Shown here piece by piece: positions 38,439 to 48,507 of a stretch of DNA of 64,000 nt; positions within the stretch are counted from its first letter, which is position 1; each line of letters starts with the position of its first letter. A program made the position numbers and the translations under genes. Under the pieces are notes generated by a model. That model was given only the letters and a program-made list of their open reading frames with translations, was not told where the DNA came from and searched no databases. Source of the DNA: Patescibacteria group bacterium (lineage in GTDB: Bacteria > Patescibacteriota > Microgenomatia > UBA8517); contig DATDRP010000006.1 in NCBI GenBank assembly GCA_035291665.1, positions 145,255-209,254 on the forward strand, in the 5' to 3' direction.

Positions 38439-39940
38439 TGAAAACAAACTATATTAATCCTGAGAAAGAATTCAATCATTTTTTGGAAGGTATAAAAGCA
38501 AGAGGGTTGGATGAGGTTGTTGTGAAAAAAGCATGGGATTTCGCGCTTTTGGCCCATCATGGACAAAAGAGAAAAACCGGGGAACCGTTTGTGGTCCATT
38601 GTTTGGAAGTAGCAAAACAATTGAATGATTGGAAATTGGATCAGGATAGTATTGTAGCCGGACTATTGCATGACACGGTCGAAGATGGCGGCGCAAAATT
38701 TGAGGATATCGAAAAAGAATTTAATGGTGATGTGTCAAAGCTGGTCGCCGGCGTTACGAAAATTTCCGATATCAGACTTCGCGGAAGTCAGAGTGAAGCG
38801 TTTATTGAAAATTTAAGGAAAATGTTTTTGGCAATGGCCAAAGACCTTCGTGTTATTTTGGTAAAACTGGCGGACCGACTTCACAATATGAAAACACTTT
38901 GGGGAGTGGATCCCGAAAAAAGGAAAAGAATAGCCGAGGAAACACTTTCGATATATGCACCGCTTGCCGAAAGATTGGGGATGGGTGAAGTAAAATCACA
39001 AATGGACGATTTAGCATTCCCATATGTATATCCCGAGGAATATGAAAGGGTAAAAAAAGAATCCAAAAAATATTATAAAGACGCGGAAAAACAAGTTGTA
39101 AAAGTTAAAAGAACTATTTTGAAAGCTTTAGCAAATCATGATTTAAGCGTAAAAATCAGCGGGAGAAAAAAACATCTTTATTCCCTATGGAAAAAGCTCA
39201 ACAGACCCGAAATTGAATGGGATTTTGAAAAAATTCAAGACATTGTTGCGCTTCGGATTATTACCAAAAGCATTTCTCAATGTTATACCGCACTCGGAGT
39301 TGTACACCAGCTTTATAAACCGGTTCCCCATTTGGGGATCTCGGATTTTATTGCCCAGCCGAAACCGAATGGCTACCAATCGATTCATACTAAAGTTTTT
39401 GGTGTAAACGGAAGGATTATCGAAATCCAAATCCGGACGGAAGAAATGCACGAACAAGCCGAGCACGGTATTGCAGCTCATTGGTTTTTATCGGACCTGA
39501 AATCCAAGGGGAAGTTTACATCAGAGGACGTGGAGAAAGGGGAATTGGCAATGGTGAAAGGTAATAAATTAACCTGGGTAAGACAGCTTGCCGATTGGCA
39601 GAAAGAAATAAAAGATCAATCGGAATATCTTGAAGCCGTAAAGTTTGATGCTTTGGGAGAAAGGATTTTTGTTTTTTCACCCATGGGAGATGTATATGAT
39701 TTACCGAACGGCGCGACTCCCGTGGATTTTGCATACGCGGTTCATTCAAACCTCGGAAATTTTGTTAAAGCCGCCAAAGTAAACGCAAAGCTGGTACCCC
39801 TCAACCATATACTGAAAAGCGGGGATGTGGTGGAGATAATAAAACAAAAAAACGAAAAAGGTCCGACAAAGGATTGGATCGGTTTTGTTAATACAACCCT
39901 CGCGAAACGCGAGATTAATAAGTATTTGAGAAAAAATTAA
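38438..39940 (+). CDS. rel: Bifunctional (p)ppGpp synthetase/hydrolase, short form (HD-SYNTH-TGS, no ACT/CC)
   Basis: HD (HDTVEDG), RelA_SpoT synthetase core (YQSIHTKV...), TGS domain (DVYDLPNGATPVDFAYAVHS). 500 aa. Start overlaps the recJ stop. Confidence 0.85.
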   Translation: MKTNYINPEKEFNHFLEGIKARGLDEVVVKKAWDFALLAHHGQKRKTGEPFVVHCLEVAKQLNDWKLDQDSIVAGLLHDTVEDGGAKFEDIEKEFNGDVSKLVAGVTKISDIRLRGSQSEAFIENLRKMFLAMAKDLRVILVKLADRLHNMKTLWGVDPEKRKRIAEETLSIYAPLAERLGMGEVKSQMDDLAFPYVYPEEYERVKKESKKYYKDAEKQVVKVKRTILKALANHDLSVKISGRKKHLYSLWKKLNRPEIEWDFEKIQDIVALRIITKSISQCYTALGVVHQLYKPVPHLGISDFIAQPKPNGYQSIHTKVFGVNGRIIEIQIRTEEMHEQAEHGIAAHWFLSDLKSKGKFTSEDVEKGELAMVKGNKLTWVRQLADWQKEIKDQSEYLEAVKFDALGERIFVFSPMGDVYDLPNGATPVDFAYAVHSNLGNFVKAAKVNAKLVPLNHILKSGDVVEIIKQKNEKGPTKDWIGFVNTTLAKREINKYLRKN

Positions 39941-40015
39941 CAAAGGGTACAATACAGATATGCCTAGCTGTATTTACTTGGCATTTGCCCGGGATGAAAT
40001 TGATAGTCAATTATT

Positions 40016-41407
40016 ATGGATAGAACACTAATTTCCCAAGTCACAAGTAAAGTCGGTGAGAAAGTAAAACTTCAAGGATGGGTGGACACAATCCGCGATC
40101 ACGGTAAAATTACCTTTATCGATCTTCGGGACAGGTCAAGCTTAGTTCAATGTGTCGGATCAGATTTGGATCCTGTCACACCGGAAAGCGTTGTAGAAAT
40201 TATAGGTACAATTGCAAATCGACCTGAAAAACTCATTAATAAAAATATCGAGACAGGTACGGTTGAAATCCAGATAGAAACATTGCGGATAATCTCAAAA
40301 GCTTTAGAGTTGCCAATCCCTATTGAAGGAGACGGTTGGGATATCGATGAAAAGGTAAGGTTAAAATACAGGTATTTGGATCTGAGAAGGTCCCGGATGG
40401 CAAAAAATATTCGGACGCGATCTAAGGTGGCCAATTTCATGAGGAAGTGGTTGATTGATCGCGATTTTGTTGAAGTAGAAACACCGATTTTGACAAAAAC
40501 CACGCCTGAAGGTGCCAGGGATTTTCTGGTTCCGTCAAGACTTCAGAAGGGTAAATTTTATGCCCTGCCTCAATCCCCGCAGCAATATAAACAAATGCTC
40601 ATGGTTGCCGGATTTGAAAGGTATTTCCAGATTGCCCGTTGTTTTCGGGATGAAGATCCGAGAGCTGACCGGGCATATGGTGAGTTTACCCAGCTTGATA
40701 TTGAAATGAGCTTTGTGGAACAGGAAGACATCCTGAAAATGACGGAGGAATTATTTACTCAACTGGTCAAGGAAGTATTTCCGGAAAAGAAGTTTACTCA
40801 ACTGCCATGGCCAAGGATTCCGCATAAAGTTGCGATGGAGAAATACGGTTCGGACAAGCCGGATATTCGAAAAAATAAAAATGATCCGGATGAGCTGGCT
40901 TTTTGTTGGGTAGTTGATTTTCCCTTATTTACAGAGCAATCAGAAAAGGATTATTTTCATGGATCAGGCAGTGCAAAATTTGCCCCATCGCATCATATGT
41001 TTACGGCACCCCACCCTGAAGATATAAAACTTTTGGATTCCGATCCGACAAAAGTACGCGGGCTTCAGCACGATATGGTTTTGAACGGTTTTGAGGTGGG
41101 AGGAGGAAGTATCAGAATTCACCAGCCCGAAGTACAACAGAAAGTATTTGATCTTATTGGATTTTCTAAAGAACAAAAGAAAGAGTTTGAACACATGCTG
41201 ACAGCCTTCAAATATGGTGTCCCGCCCCATGGAGGAATAGCTCCGGGAGTTGATCGTTTTACCTATGTTGTTTTAGGTGAACAAAGTATACGGGAAGTTA
41301 TGGCCTTCCCTACTTCGGCTTCGGGAATGACATCGGTCATGGATGCGCCAAGTAGCGCAACTGACGACCAGCTAAAAGAACTTTCCATAAGGGTTGTTAA
41401 GAAATAA
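40016..41407 (+). CDS. aspS: Aspartyl-tRNA synthetase, bacterial-type core lacking the GAD insertion domain
   Basis: OB-fold N-terminus. Motif 2 FERYFQIARCFRDEDPRADRAYGEFTQLDIEMSF. Motif 3 GGGSIRIH. YGSDKPDIRKNKNDPDELAFCWVVDFPLF shows the GAD domain is replaced by ~10 aa. Confidence 0.85.
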   Translation: MDRTLISQVTSKVGEKVKLQGWVDTIRDHGKITFIDLRDRSSLVQCVGSDLDPVTPESVVEIIGTIANRPEKLINKNIETGTVEIQIETLRIISKALELPIPIEGDGWDIDEKVRLKYRYLDLRRSRMAKNIRTRSKVANFMRKWLIDRDFVEVETPILTKTTPEGARDFLVPSRLQKGKFYALPQSPQQYKQMLMVAGFERYFQIARCFRDEDPRADRAYGEFTQLDIEMSFVEQEDILKMTEELFTQLVKEVFPEKKFTQLPWPRIPHKVAMEKYGSDKPDIRKNKNDPDELAFCWVVDFPLFTEQSEKDYFHGSGSAKFAPSHHMFTAPHPEDIKLLDSDPTKVRGLQHDMVLNGFEVGGGSIRIHQPEVQQKVFDLIGFSKEQKKEFEHMLTAFKYGVPPHGGIAPGVDRFTYVVLGEQSIREVMAFPTSASGMTSVMDAPSSATDDQLKELSIRVVKK

Positions 41408-41522
41408 TTTTCTTGATTGGAGAGTAAGCTTTTTTCCAAGATGTCATTGAAAGTATCTTCAATTTGATTTAATCTGGATTCTAGAATCTTTTTTCCAAAT
41501 TTTTTTAATCCAATAGAATGTC

Positions 41523-42473
41523 ATGAATAAATATCCCCCCGGAAATAAAATAAATATCTTTTTCCCCACGCTTGTTTTTTGTTTTCTTTACATATCTTTT
41601 GCAACATTTCTTGTAAGTTACTACTACAGTACTCCCAAGCCGGAACAGGTAGTTTTTGCGCAGGATGAAAAAACATTAGGATTGTCAACAGCGGTTACTG
41701 AATCAAAACCGCTGCAACCGCAAATTGTCAGCGGCATACCGATACCTGATATATCTGCATGGTCAGCTTATGCAATTGAGGCAAAAAGCCATTATGTTTT
41801 ATACGAGAAGAATGAATCGGAACAGGTTTTTCCCGCATCTACTGCAAAGATAGTAACGGCGCTTGTTAGTCTTGACTATTACGATCTTCAAAGCGTAGTG
41901 AGCGTCGGAAAATTAAACGTGGAAGGTCAAAAGATGGGATTGGTTGGGGGAGAACAAATTACAGTTGAAAATCTTCTTTCGGGTTTGCTTGTTTTGAGTG
42001 CGAATGATGCGGCTGAAGTACTGGCTTCAAACTATCCCGGGGGACGGGATATTTTTATTGCACAGATGAATGTGAAAGCAAAAGAACTTGGCATGGTTAG
42101 TACAATTTTTACAAATCCATCCGGATTGGATTCTTCAAACCAAACAACAACAGCAAAAGATTTGATCAAAGCCTCTGAAGTTGCAATGGAAAATGATACT
42201 TTTTCAAAGCTGGTCGCCACAAAAGATATAACTGTTTCAAGCATTGACGGAGCATACAAGCACCGCCTTTACAACATAAATAGGTTATTGTGGGAAGTGG
42301 ATGGAGTCAAAGGTGTTAAAACGGGAAAAACTGATGGAGCTCAGGAAAATTTGATTACTTATATTGAACGCGATGGAGTGGGAGTGTATATTGCTGTTTT
42401 GGGAAGTAATGACAGATTTAATGATTCAAAAAAATTAATTGATTACATCTTCGCCAAATATTCATTTGAGTAA
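41523..42473 (+). CDS. dacA: D-alanyl-D-alanine carboxypeptidase (S11, PBP5-like)
   Basis: SxxK ASTAKIV, SxN (LSAND) and KTG (VKTGKT) motifs. N-terminal TM. Confidence 0.8.
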   Translation: MNKYPPGNKINIFFPTLVFCFLYISFATFLVSYYYSTPKPEQVVFAQDEKTLGLSTAVTESKPLQPQIVSGIPIPDISAWSAYAIEAKSHYVLYEKNESEQVFPASTAKIVTALVSLDYYDLQSVVSVGKLNVEGQKMGLVGGEQITVENLLSGLLVLSANDAAEVLASNYPGGRDIFIAQMNVKAKELGMVSTIFTNPSGLDSSNQTTTAKDLIKASEVAMENDTFSKLVATKDITVSSIDGAYKHRLYNINRLLWEVDGVKGVKTGKTDGAQENLITYIERDGVGVYIAVLGSNDRFNDSKKLIDYIFAKYSFE

Positions 42474-42490
42474 GAATTAGCTCTGAATCT

Positions 42491-42530
42491 TAAACTTTTA
42501 GACCTGCCTACCGGCAGGCAGGTTTAAACT
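42491..42530. terminator. Bidirectional hairpin between convergent genes
   Basis: acctgcc-taccggca-ggcaggt flanked by T/A runs on both sides. Confidence 0.4.
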
Positions 42531-42565
42531 TACACTTTTGGACGGGACTTAGAACATACGTTTGA

Positions 42566-43615
42566 CTATTCGGAGCGAACGTATTCGTTGATTACCGCCG
42601 GGATGTAGGCAACAAAATTGTTATCCCCTTCAAAAACAACAACAGGTTGGAAATATTCCGTATATTGTCCGGGGTCATAATATGCCAGATAAACTTTTCT
42701 TATTGTAATCGTTCCTTTGGAATTGTCTCCCAAATCGGCAATATACCCTTTTCCGGATTTCAATTCTTCCCAGGCCTCTTCAGAGGTTTTTATCGGGTAT
42801 GTACCGTTTTTATTTTCGTCGAGGGCAAAGTGATGATATTCGGCTGCAACCACCTGGTCGCCGCCTGCTCTTGCGCCGGAGAACATGAACCAAACATTTG
42901 CCTGCCCCCTGACGCTGGTGACATTCGGAAGATCATTGTAAGTTTTTCGATATAGATTAATTTTGATAAGGTTGGCGTCCGATAAAGAATTGGCTTCGAC
43001 AAAGTTTCCGTTGTTAATTTTAACGAAACTGTGAGTAATTTCACCGCTTAAATCCTCAGGAAGCGACCTTGCTCGGGAAAGATAAGTTTTTGCCAAAGCT
43101 GTAGCCTGTTCGGGGGTTGGCGGAACATTTTCAATTGCAGTCGGTTTTGAATTCAAATCATAGCTAATGGAAAAAATTCCTGTGACAATGTTCAGGTTTA
43201 ATGACGCCGGCGAGGTTGGGTGAGTAAAAAGATAAACCGTCTCTACCAACTCCCGTCCATCAGGACTGAATCCCAAACTGGCCGCTTTTTGTTTCGCCAG
43301 ATCAAGAGATTTGATTGTTGAAATCGGTTTGGGCATAAAATAAACAGTCAGCTGTTTTGGAAATTTGGGTAATTTCAAATCGGCCGTTTCCAGGGTAAAA
43401 ACAAGATCTACGGTGTTGGTCTTACTCGGAAAAGGAATTGGCGATAATTTGTCAAATGACAAAGTCGGAGGAGGGGGAGGCTCCGGAAAATATTTTCTGT
43501 ATAAACCCAGGCCGATTTTGTACGAATATCTGACAATGACTAAAAAAACTGCAAAATAAATTGAATACCTGATTATTTTTCTTGAAGTGATGGCAACTTG
43601 TGTCAATGAGCTCAT
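42566..43615 (-). CDS. Hypothetical membrane-anchored protein
   Basis: N-terminal TM (IIRYSIYFAVFLVIV), PEPPPPPT linker, large extracytoplasmic domain. No motif. Confidence 0.5.
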   Translation of the reverse strand: MSSLTQVAITSRKIIRYSIYFAVFLVIVRYSYKIGLGLYRKYFPEPPPPPTLSFDKLSPIPFPSKTNTVDLVFTLETADLKLPKFPKQLTVYFMPKPISTIKSLDLAKQKAASLGFSPDGRELVETVYLFTHPTSPASLNLNIVTGIFSISYDLNSKPTAIENVPPTPEQATALAKTYLSRARSLPEDLSGEITHSFVKINNGNFVEANSLSDANLIKINLYRKTYNDLPNVTSVRGQANVWFMFSGARAGGDQVVAAEYHHFALDENKNGTYPIKTSEEAWEELKSGKGYIADLGDNSKGTITIRKVYLAYYDPGQYTEYFQPVVVFEGDNNFVAYIPAVINEYVRSE

Positions 43616-43781
43616 ACAACAATCATTTTAGATGATTAATGGTAAATTTCAAATGACGTAAACCGAAGTGGAGAACAATTCATGAGATATTTAACCGCAA
43701 CAAAATATACACAGCGTTTTTTTAAAATTATGAAATTGTGTGGATAATATGAGCCAAAAACGCTAGAATTCAGTTGTAAGT

Positions 43782-45143
43782 ATGTCGGGAACATTTAAAA
43801 CAAAAAGTAAAAAAGTTCGGACAAGATTTGCTCCAAGTCCTACAGGAACTCTGCATGTCGGAGGTCTTCGGACGGCAGTTTATGCATATGCATTAGCCAA
43901 AAGATACAAAGGAGATTTTATTTTACGTATTGAAGACACCGACCAAAAAAGGCTTGTCCCCCAAGCGAAAGAAAAACTGGAAGAAATTTTAAAACAATTT
44001 TCTCTAACCTGGGATGAATATTATGTTCAAAGCGAGCGTGTAAAATCAGGGATTTACGCAAAAGCCGCTGAGAAACTGGTAAGGGATGGGCATGCTTTTT
44101 ACTGTCAATGTCTACCAAGGAATGCAAAAACCGAGGGGTTCTCAAAAATCTTACGGGATCCCTGCCGTGATAAAAATTTAAGAACAGGCGCGATAAAGCT
44201 AAAAGTTCCTGAAAACAAGAAAGTAAGTTATAGAGATTTTGTTATCCAAAAAGAAATAATCTGGGATAGTGGCGTGGTTGATGATGCAACGCTTCTAAAA
44301 TCCGACGGATTTCCGACATACCATTTGGCGGTTGTTGTGGATGACCACGATATGAATATCTCACATGTACTTCGCGGACATGATTGGTTGCCATCTACAC
44401 CAATCCACCTTTTGGTTTATGAATACTTGGAGTATGACCGTCCTGAAATTGGTCATTTAACGGATATTTTGGATCCTGAGGGAGGCAAACTGTCAAAGCG
44501 CAAAGGGAGTGTCTCTTGTGAGGCAATCCTTGCGGAAGGGTATCTGCCTGAGGCAATCTTAAATTTTGTTATGCTTCTCGGATGGGCGCCAAAAGATGAC
44601 CGTGAGATATTTACTCTTGAAGAATTTGTGAAGGCTTTTGACGAAAATGGTTTTCAAAAGTCAAACCCGATTTATAACCGGGATAAATTAAATTGGTTTA
44701 ATGGTGAATATATAAGAAATTCAAAAAACTCAATACTAATGACCAAATTAGTTGATTTTTTTAATAGGAAATACGCTGAAGAAAAGCTTGAAAAAATAAT
44801 CCCCCTCGTCAGGGAGAGGTTGAATACACTTTCAGAATTTGAAAGTTTGGCGGGATTCTTTTTCGAATTACCCAAGGCGGACAAAAAACTTCTCGGTGAA
44901 AATTTTAAGGAACATTTATCGGGTGCAATCACAGTTTTGGAGGGAGTTAATATATGGAATCTTGAAAATATTAACAAAGCTTTGATGGATCTGATCCAAA
45001 GCAAAAACTTCAAAACCGGAAAATTTTTTATGGATATACGGATTGCGATTACAGGCAGTTCGGTAACTCCACCGATAAACGAATCGATGGAAATTCTCGG
45101 AAAGGATGAAAGCATAAAAAGGCTAAGCGGTATTTTAAACTGA
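43782..45143 (+). CDS. gltX: Glutamyl-tRNA synthetase
   Basis: HIGH (PSPTGTLHVGG) and KMSKS (KLSKRKG) motifs. Class I catalytic core. Confidence 0.9.
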   Translation: MSGTFKTKSKKVRTRFAPSPTGTLHVGGLRTAVYAYALAKRYKGDFILRIEDTDQKRLVPQAKEKLEEILKQFSLTWDEYYVQSERVKSGIYAKAAEKLVRDGHAFYCQCLPRNAKTEGFSKILRDPCRDKNLRTGAIKLKVPENKKVSYRDFVIQKEIIWDSGVVDDATLLKSDGFPTYHLAVVVDDHDMNISHVLRGHDWLPSTPIHLLVYEYLEYDRPEIGHLTDILDPEGGKLSKRKGSVSCEAILAEGYLPEAILNFVMLLGWAPKDDREIFTLEEFVKAFDENGFQKSNPIYNRDKLNWFNGEYIRNSKNSILMTKLVDFFNRKYAEEKLEKIIPLVRERLNTLSEFESLAGFFFELPKADKKLLGENFKEHLSGAITVLEGVNIWNLENINKALMDLIQSKNFKTGKFFMDIRIAITGSSVTPPINESMEILGKDESIKRLSGILN

Positions 45144-45170
45144 ATCCCATCGTTCGCATATAATAAGATT

Positions 45171-46121
45171 ATGAAGAAAAAATCTGCCCAATTTGGATTT
45201 GACGATATCCGGTCAAAATTAAAACTCAAAAACCTTGAACAGCGTCAGAAGATATTAAAAAAATACCCGAGCGTTGATAAAATATTTTCTGAAAGAGGAA
45301 TAGATATCGGCCGGATTCGGGAACATTCTGCAAGACTATTAGGTGCAGGAATTATAAGCGGAACTCTTCTTTTGGGACAACCCGATACAGCCCATACTCT
45401 CCCGGCTCCTGATTATACCGATCCAAAAGAGATTGAAAACGCCCTGGCGAGAATGAAAACAAAAAAAGAAGGCTTGGTCGAAACTTTGACAGCAATACTC
45501 CCGGCAACAGCAAGACCTTTAAACCGCAACGAAGAAAAAATGCTGGAAGGGGTATTTAAAAATTATATCGGAGTGGATGCAAGAGCCGGCCTTGAAGGCG
45601 AACATTTAAATCAAACCTATGGTTATATCGGCGCAGAACAGCATCTGATCCGATATCCGGGTGATTCAATTGTTAGTCACGGTGATCCGCAAATTCAGAG
45701 ATCCGGGATGGCTCCCGGTAAAGGCGCGTGGGGTTATTTTGCAAATTCAGCCTCGGTACTGACGGACAATCTATCCGAAACAGAGAAATGGTACGCTGTT
45801 GTACAAACTTTATATCTTCCGGACTGGGGAACAAGACAGCCATACTTGAAAAACTGGTACAAATACCGCAAAGTTTTAATCGTAAATACAAAAAACGGAA
45901 ATGCGGTTGTTGCAGCAATTGCTGATTCAGGCCCCGCCGCTTGGACAGGGAAACACTATGGGGGAAGTCCTGAAGTAATGTATCATCTTGGCGGACAAAA
46001 GTATAAAAAAGGTGCGGTAATTGTTTTTTTTGTTAACGATCCGGATAATAAAGTACCACTAGGCCCGGTTGAATATGAGGAAATTAATTTGAATTTGGTT
46101 GAAACAGAAATTGCAACATAA
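45171..46121 (+). CDS. Hypothetical protein with RlpA/3D-like double-psi beta-barrel C-terminal region
   Basis: KVLIVNTKNGNAVVAAIADSGPAAW resembles the RlpA block VrVtNlxNGrsVvVRvNDRGPF. N-terminal region is unassigned. Confidence 0.35.
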   Translation: MKKKSAQFGFDDIRSKLKLKNLEQRQKILKKYPSVDKIFSERGIDIGRIREHSARLLGAGIISGTLLLGQPDTAHTLPAPDYTDPKEIENALARMKTKKEGLVETLTAILPATARPLNRNEEKMLEGVFKNYIGVDARAGLEGEHLNQTYGYIGAEQHLIRYPGDSIVSHGDPQIQRSGMAPGKGAWGYFANSASVLTDNLSETEKWYAVVQTLYLPDWGTRQPYLKNWYKYRKVLIVNTKNGNAVVAAIADSGPAAWTGKHYGGSPEVMYHLGGQKYKKGAVIVFFVNDPDNKVPLGPVEYEEINLNLVETEIAT

Positions 46122-46178
46122 GTTTATAAGCAGAATTTTTTACAATCGAGTATTAATGAGAGTGCCAAAGAATTTTAT

Positions 46179-46565
46179 ATGAGTAAAATTTTTTATGATG
46201 AATTTATTGATTTAGGAGACTTTCATATGCATCTAAAAAGTATGGTTCAGGATGATAATGAAAAAGAAGATTTATGGCATCTGGTGGATGAATTCATACA
46301 TCTTAGGATGATAGAAATTATTCTTGATAATTTACATGAAGATTTGCACGAAGAATTTCTGAGAATGTTTGGTGAGCGACCTTATGATGAATCATTGGTG
46401 ACATATCTTGACCAAAACATGGCTATCAAGTTTCCGATCCTTGTTGAGAACGAAATGGAATATCTCCAAAACGAATTATATGAGCATTTCGGAATTCAAA
46501 AGCCGGTTAAACTTCCGGTGAAAAAGAAGAAAAAGAAAACGTCGAAAACTACTTCGAAAGCTTGA
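46179..46565 (+). CDS. Hypothetical acidic protein with Lys-rich tail
   Basis: 128 aa. C-terminal KKKKKKTSKTTSKA. Confidence 0.4.
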   Translation: MSKIFYDEFIDLGDFHMHLKSMVQDDNEKEDLWHLVDEFIHLRMIEIILDNLHEDLHEEFLRMFGERPYDESLVTYLDQNMAIKFPILVENEMEYLQNELYEHFGIQKPVKLPVKKKKKKTSKTTSKA

Positions 46566-47193
46566 TGAAGTGTTCTTTTTTAAGTTCTTCGTTGTGGTTT
46601 TTCAGATATTTTTCTCCATCGAACATTTGGCTTTTGTGCGCCATAATTGTCTGTTTTTTCTTCTCATAATAATCACTGATATCAACAGTGTAATTGATTT
46701 CGTGAAGTCCGTATCCGGGAGGGAAATAAATAAAATATTTTCCTTCGAGAGCTCTTTGAGCTTTATTCAGACAAAAGTAGAGCAGAGTCTTCAGTCTTCT
46801 GCTGCGTTCGAAAACAAATGTTGAAACCATACTGACTGCAATGTGGTCAATGTGACCCGATACCCCCCTGGGTTCGAAAGTGATAAGGGTATCAGATTTC
46901 GTTACATTAACTTTTTCCTGAATTTTGGCCGCTAATTTATGATAGTTTTTATTGCACAAACAGCCGTCCTCAAAATTGAAAAAGAAAACTTTTTTTACTC
47001 CCATTATCCTTGCTGAATTCCGGAGTTCTGCGGATCTTCTTTTCCGTAAGTTTTTGTATTTTGATTGTTGACCTCCGCCCCGTGTCACACAAACAAGATA
47101 GACATCATTAATTTTGCTTAATTTTGACAAAGTTCCGGATGGGCCAAAAGCCTCATCATCGGGGTGAGCAAATACGGCTAAAATATTTCCCAT
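46549..47193 (-). CDS. PIG-L/LmbE-family N-acetylglucosaminyl deacetylase
   Basis: N-terminal VFAHPDDEAFGPSGT and HxDH (GHIDHIAV) zinc site. Confidence 0.8.
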   Translation of the reverse strand: MGNILAVFAHPDDEAFGPSGTLSKLSKINDVYLVCVTRGGGQQSKYKNLRKRRSAELRNSARIMGVKKVFFFNFEDGCLCNKNYHKLAAKIQEKVNVTKSDTLITFEPRGVSGHIDHIAVSMVSTFVFERSRRLKTLLYFCLNKAQRALEGKYFIYFPPGYGLHEINYTVDISDYYEKKKQTIMAHKSQMFDGEKYLKNHNEELKKEHFIKLSK

Positions 47194-47229
47194 TTTTTAA
47201 AAGAGGTTATTATTTTAATGCAAAACGGA

Positions 47230-47709
47230 TTATTTTTGAAGCGGGACTTCGGAAATGTTGATCTGGTAAGTTTTCACATCCTGGGGTGAAATGTTGGTCT
47301 CCCACGGTTTTTTGTATTCAAAACGGATTTCTGATTTTCCGCTTTTAAGAATTTCGAATTCAAAGTACTGGGTACCGCCGGAGCCCACCAGCTTTTCATT
47401 ACCTTTTGCTAAATAAGTATTATTAAGAAGCTTAAAATAACTTTTATCAAAATTAACCTGCCATTGATATCCCGTTGAAGGATCAGTATAAAGTGCAAGT
47501 TTTAGTGGTTTTCCGAACTCAACAAAAACAGGGATCTCGGATGAAGCAGCCGGAGTTGGGGTTATTTCGATCCGGTTGGCAGTTGACACAGATTCCCGTG
47601 GCTGAGTTTTTTTTGAAACCGCGGCCTGGTAAACAATTAAAGTAAGTATAAGGAGTACAATAATTCCCCCAGGAATGGCAAAGATCAGGATGTGTTTTTT
47701 CTGCAGCAT
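47230..47709 (-). CDS. Chagasin-family (I42) peptidase inhibitor, membrane-anchored
   Basis: N-terminal TM. TGYQW...GSGGTQYFEFEILKSGKSEIRFEYKKPWE matches the chagasin NPTTGY(x)W / GxGG / RPW motifs. Confidence 0.65.
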   Translation of the reverse strand: MLQKKHILIFAIPGGIIVLLILTLIVYQAAVSKKTQPRESVSTANRIEITPTPAASSEIPVFVEFGKPLKLALYTDPSTGYQWQVNFDKSYFKLLNNTYLAKGNEKLVGSGGTQYFEFEILKSGKSEIRFEYKKPWETNISPQDVKTYQINISEVPLQK

Positions 47710-47765
47710 ATTCCATTATACAAACGGATTACAAATTTTGTAAATGAAGGAACCTAATTTAGTTT

Positions 47766-48446
47766 TCAAAAAGGTATTTCCCCTTGTTTGACTGAATCCT
47801 CATGAGTCAACTCTTCCCCAATATGACGATAGTTGCACCATTTACAGTTGTTACTTTCTTTGGGGGGAGGCTCTTTTAAAAGCTGGTCGATTTCTTTCAT
47901 GAATCCATGAAATTGATCCATATCCGGTTTGATTTCCAACCAGGTGGGTGGAAAGTCCAGTTTTGCAATTCCGTTTTCAAAACTTACGCTTTCGGGGTAA
48001 AAAATCAAAAGTGCCGTTTTGGAAATCGTTATTGCTGATCCCCGTCTTGGATTTTCGAGAGCAAATTTATATGCCGAGAGCTGGGTTTTGTATTTTTCTG
48101 CTTTTCCGTCATCAGGGGTGCTGATTTTCAGATCTATCAATGAATAGGTTTTATCCGGGTTTTCCAAAAGAAGGTCATACTTGCCTTTGATGTAGACACT
48201 TGTTTGGGGAACAACAATTGACTCGACCCAACCCTCCTGAGATACTATATTTCCTTCCGGAAGCGTATCTGATAGGGATTTAAGGTTTTTTCCCACCAGA
48301 CTTCCCTGAATCTGAGTGTTAATAGCGGAAAATACTCCCGGCATCGGCATTGAAGGCTGATAAATATTGTGGACGACTTTCAGGTAGTAGCAAAGTTTAC
48401 ATTCCTCATATAAGTAAGCGAAATCGGAAGGCGATAGTTTATACAT
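47766..48446 (-). CDS. PD-(D/E)XK nuclease, Cas4/RecB-like with 4-Cys cluster
   Basis: N-terminal CKLCYY plus C-terminal CKWCNY (Cys1...Cys3). Core GKYDLLL...IDLKIS...QLSAYKFAL (D-ExK-QxxxY). No CRISPR or cas nearby. Confidence 0.6.
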   Translation of the reverse strand: MYKLSPSDFAYLYEECKLCYYLKVVHNIYQPSMPMPGVFSAINTQIQGSLVGKNLKSLSDTLPEGNIVSQEGWVESIVVPQTSVYIKGKYDLLLENPDKTYSLIDLKISTPDDGKAEKYKTQLSAYKFALENPRRGSAITISKTALLIFYPESVSFENGIAKLDFPPTWLEIKPDMDQFHGFMKEIDQLLKEPPPKESNNCKWCNYRHIGEELTHEDSVKQGEIPF

Positions 48447-48507
48447 TACATCTCACATTATACAGCTTTAATAAAATATACATCCCACAAGTAAATTATA
48501 TGAAGGC

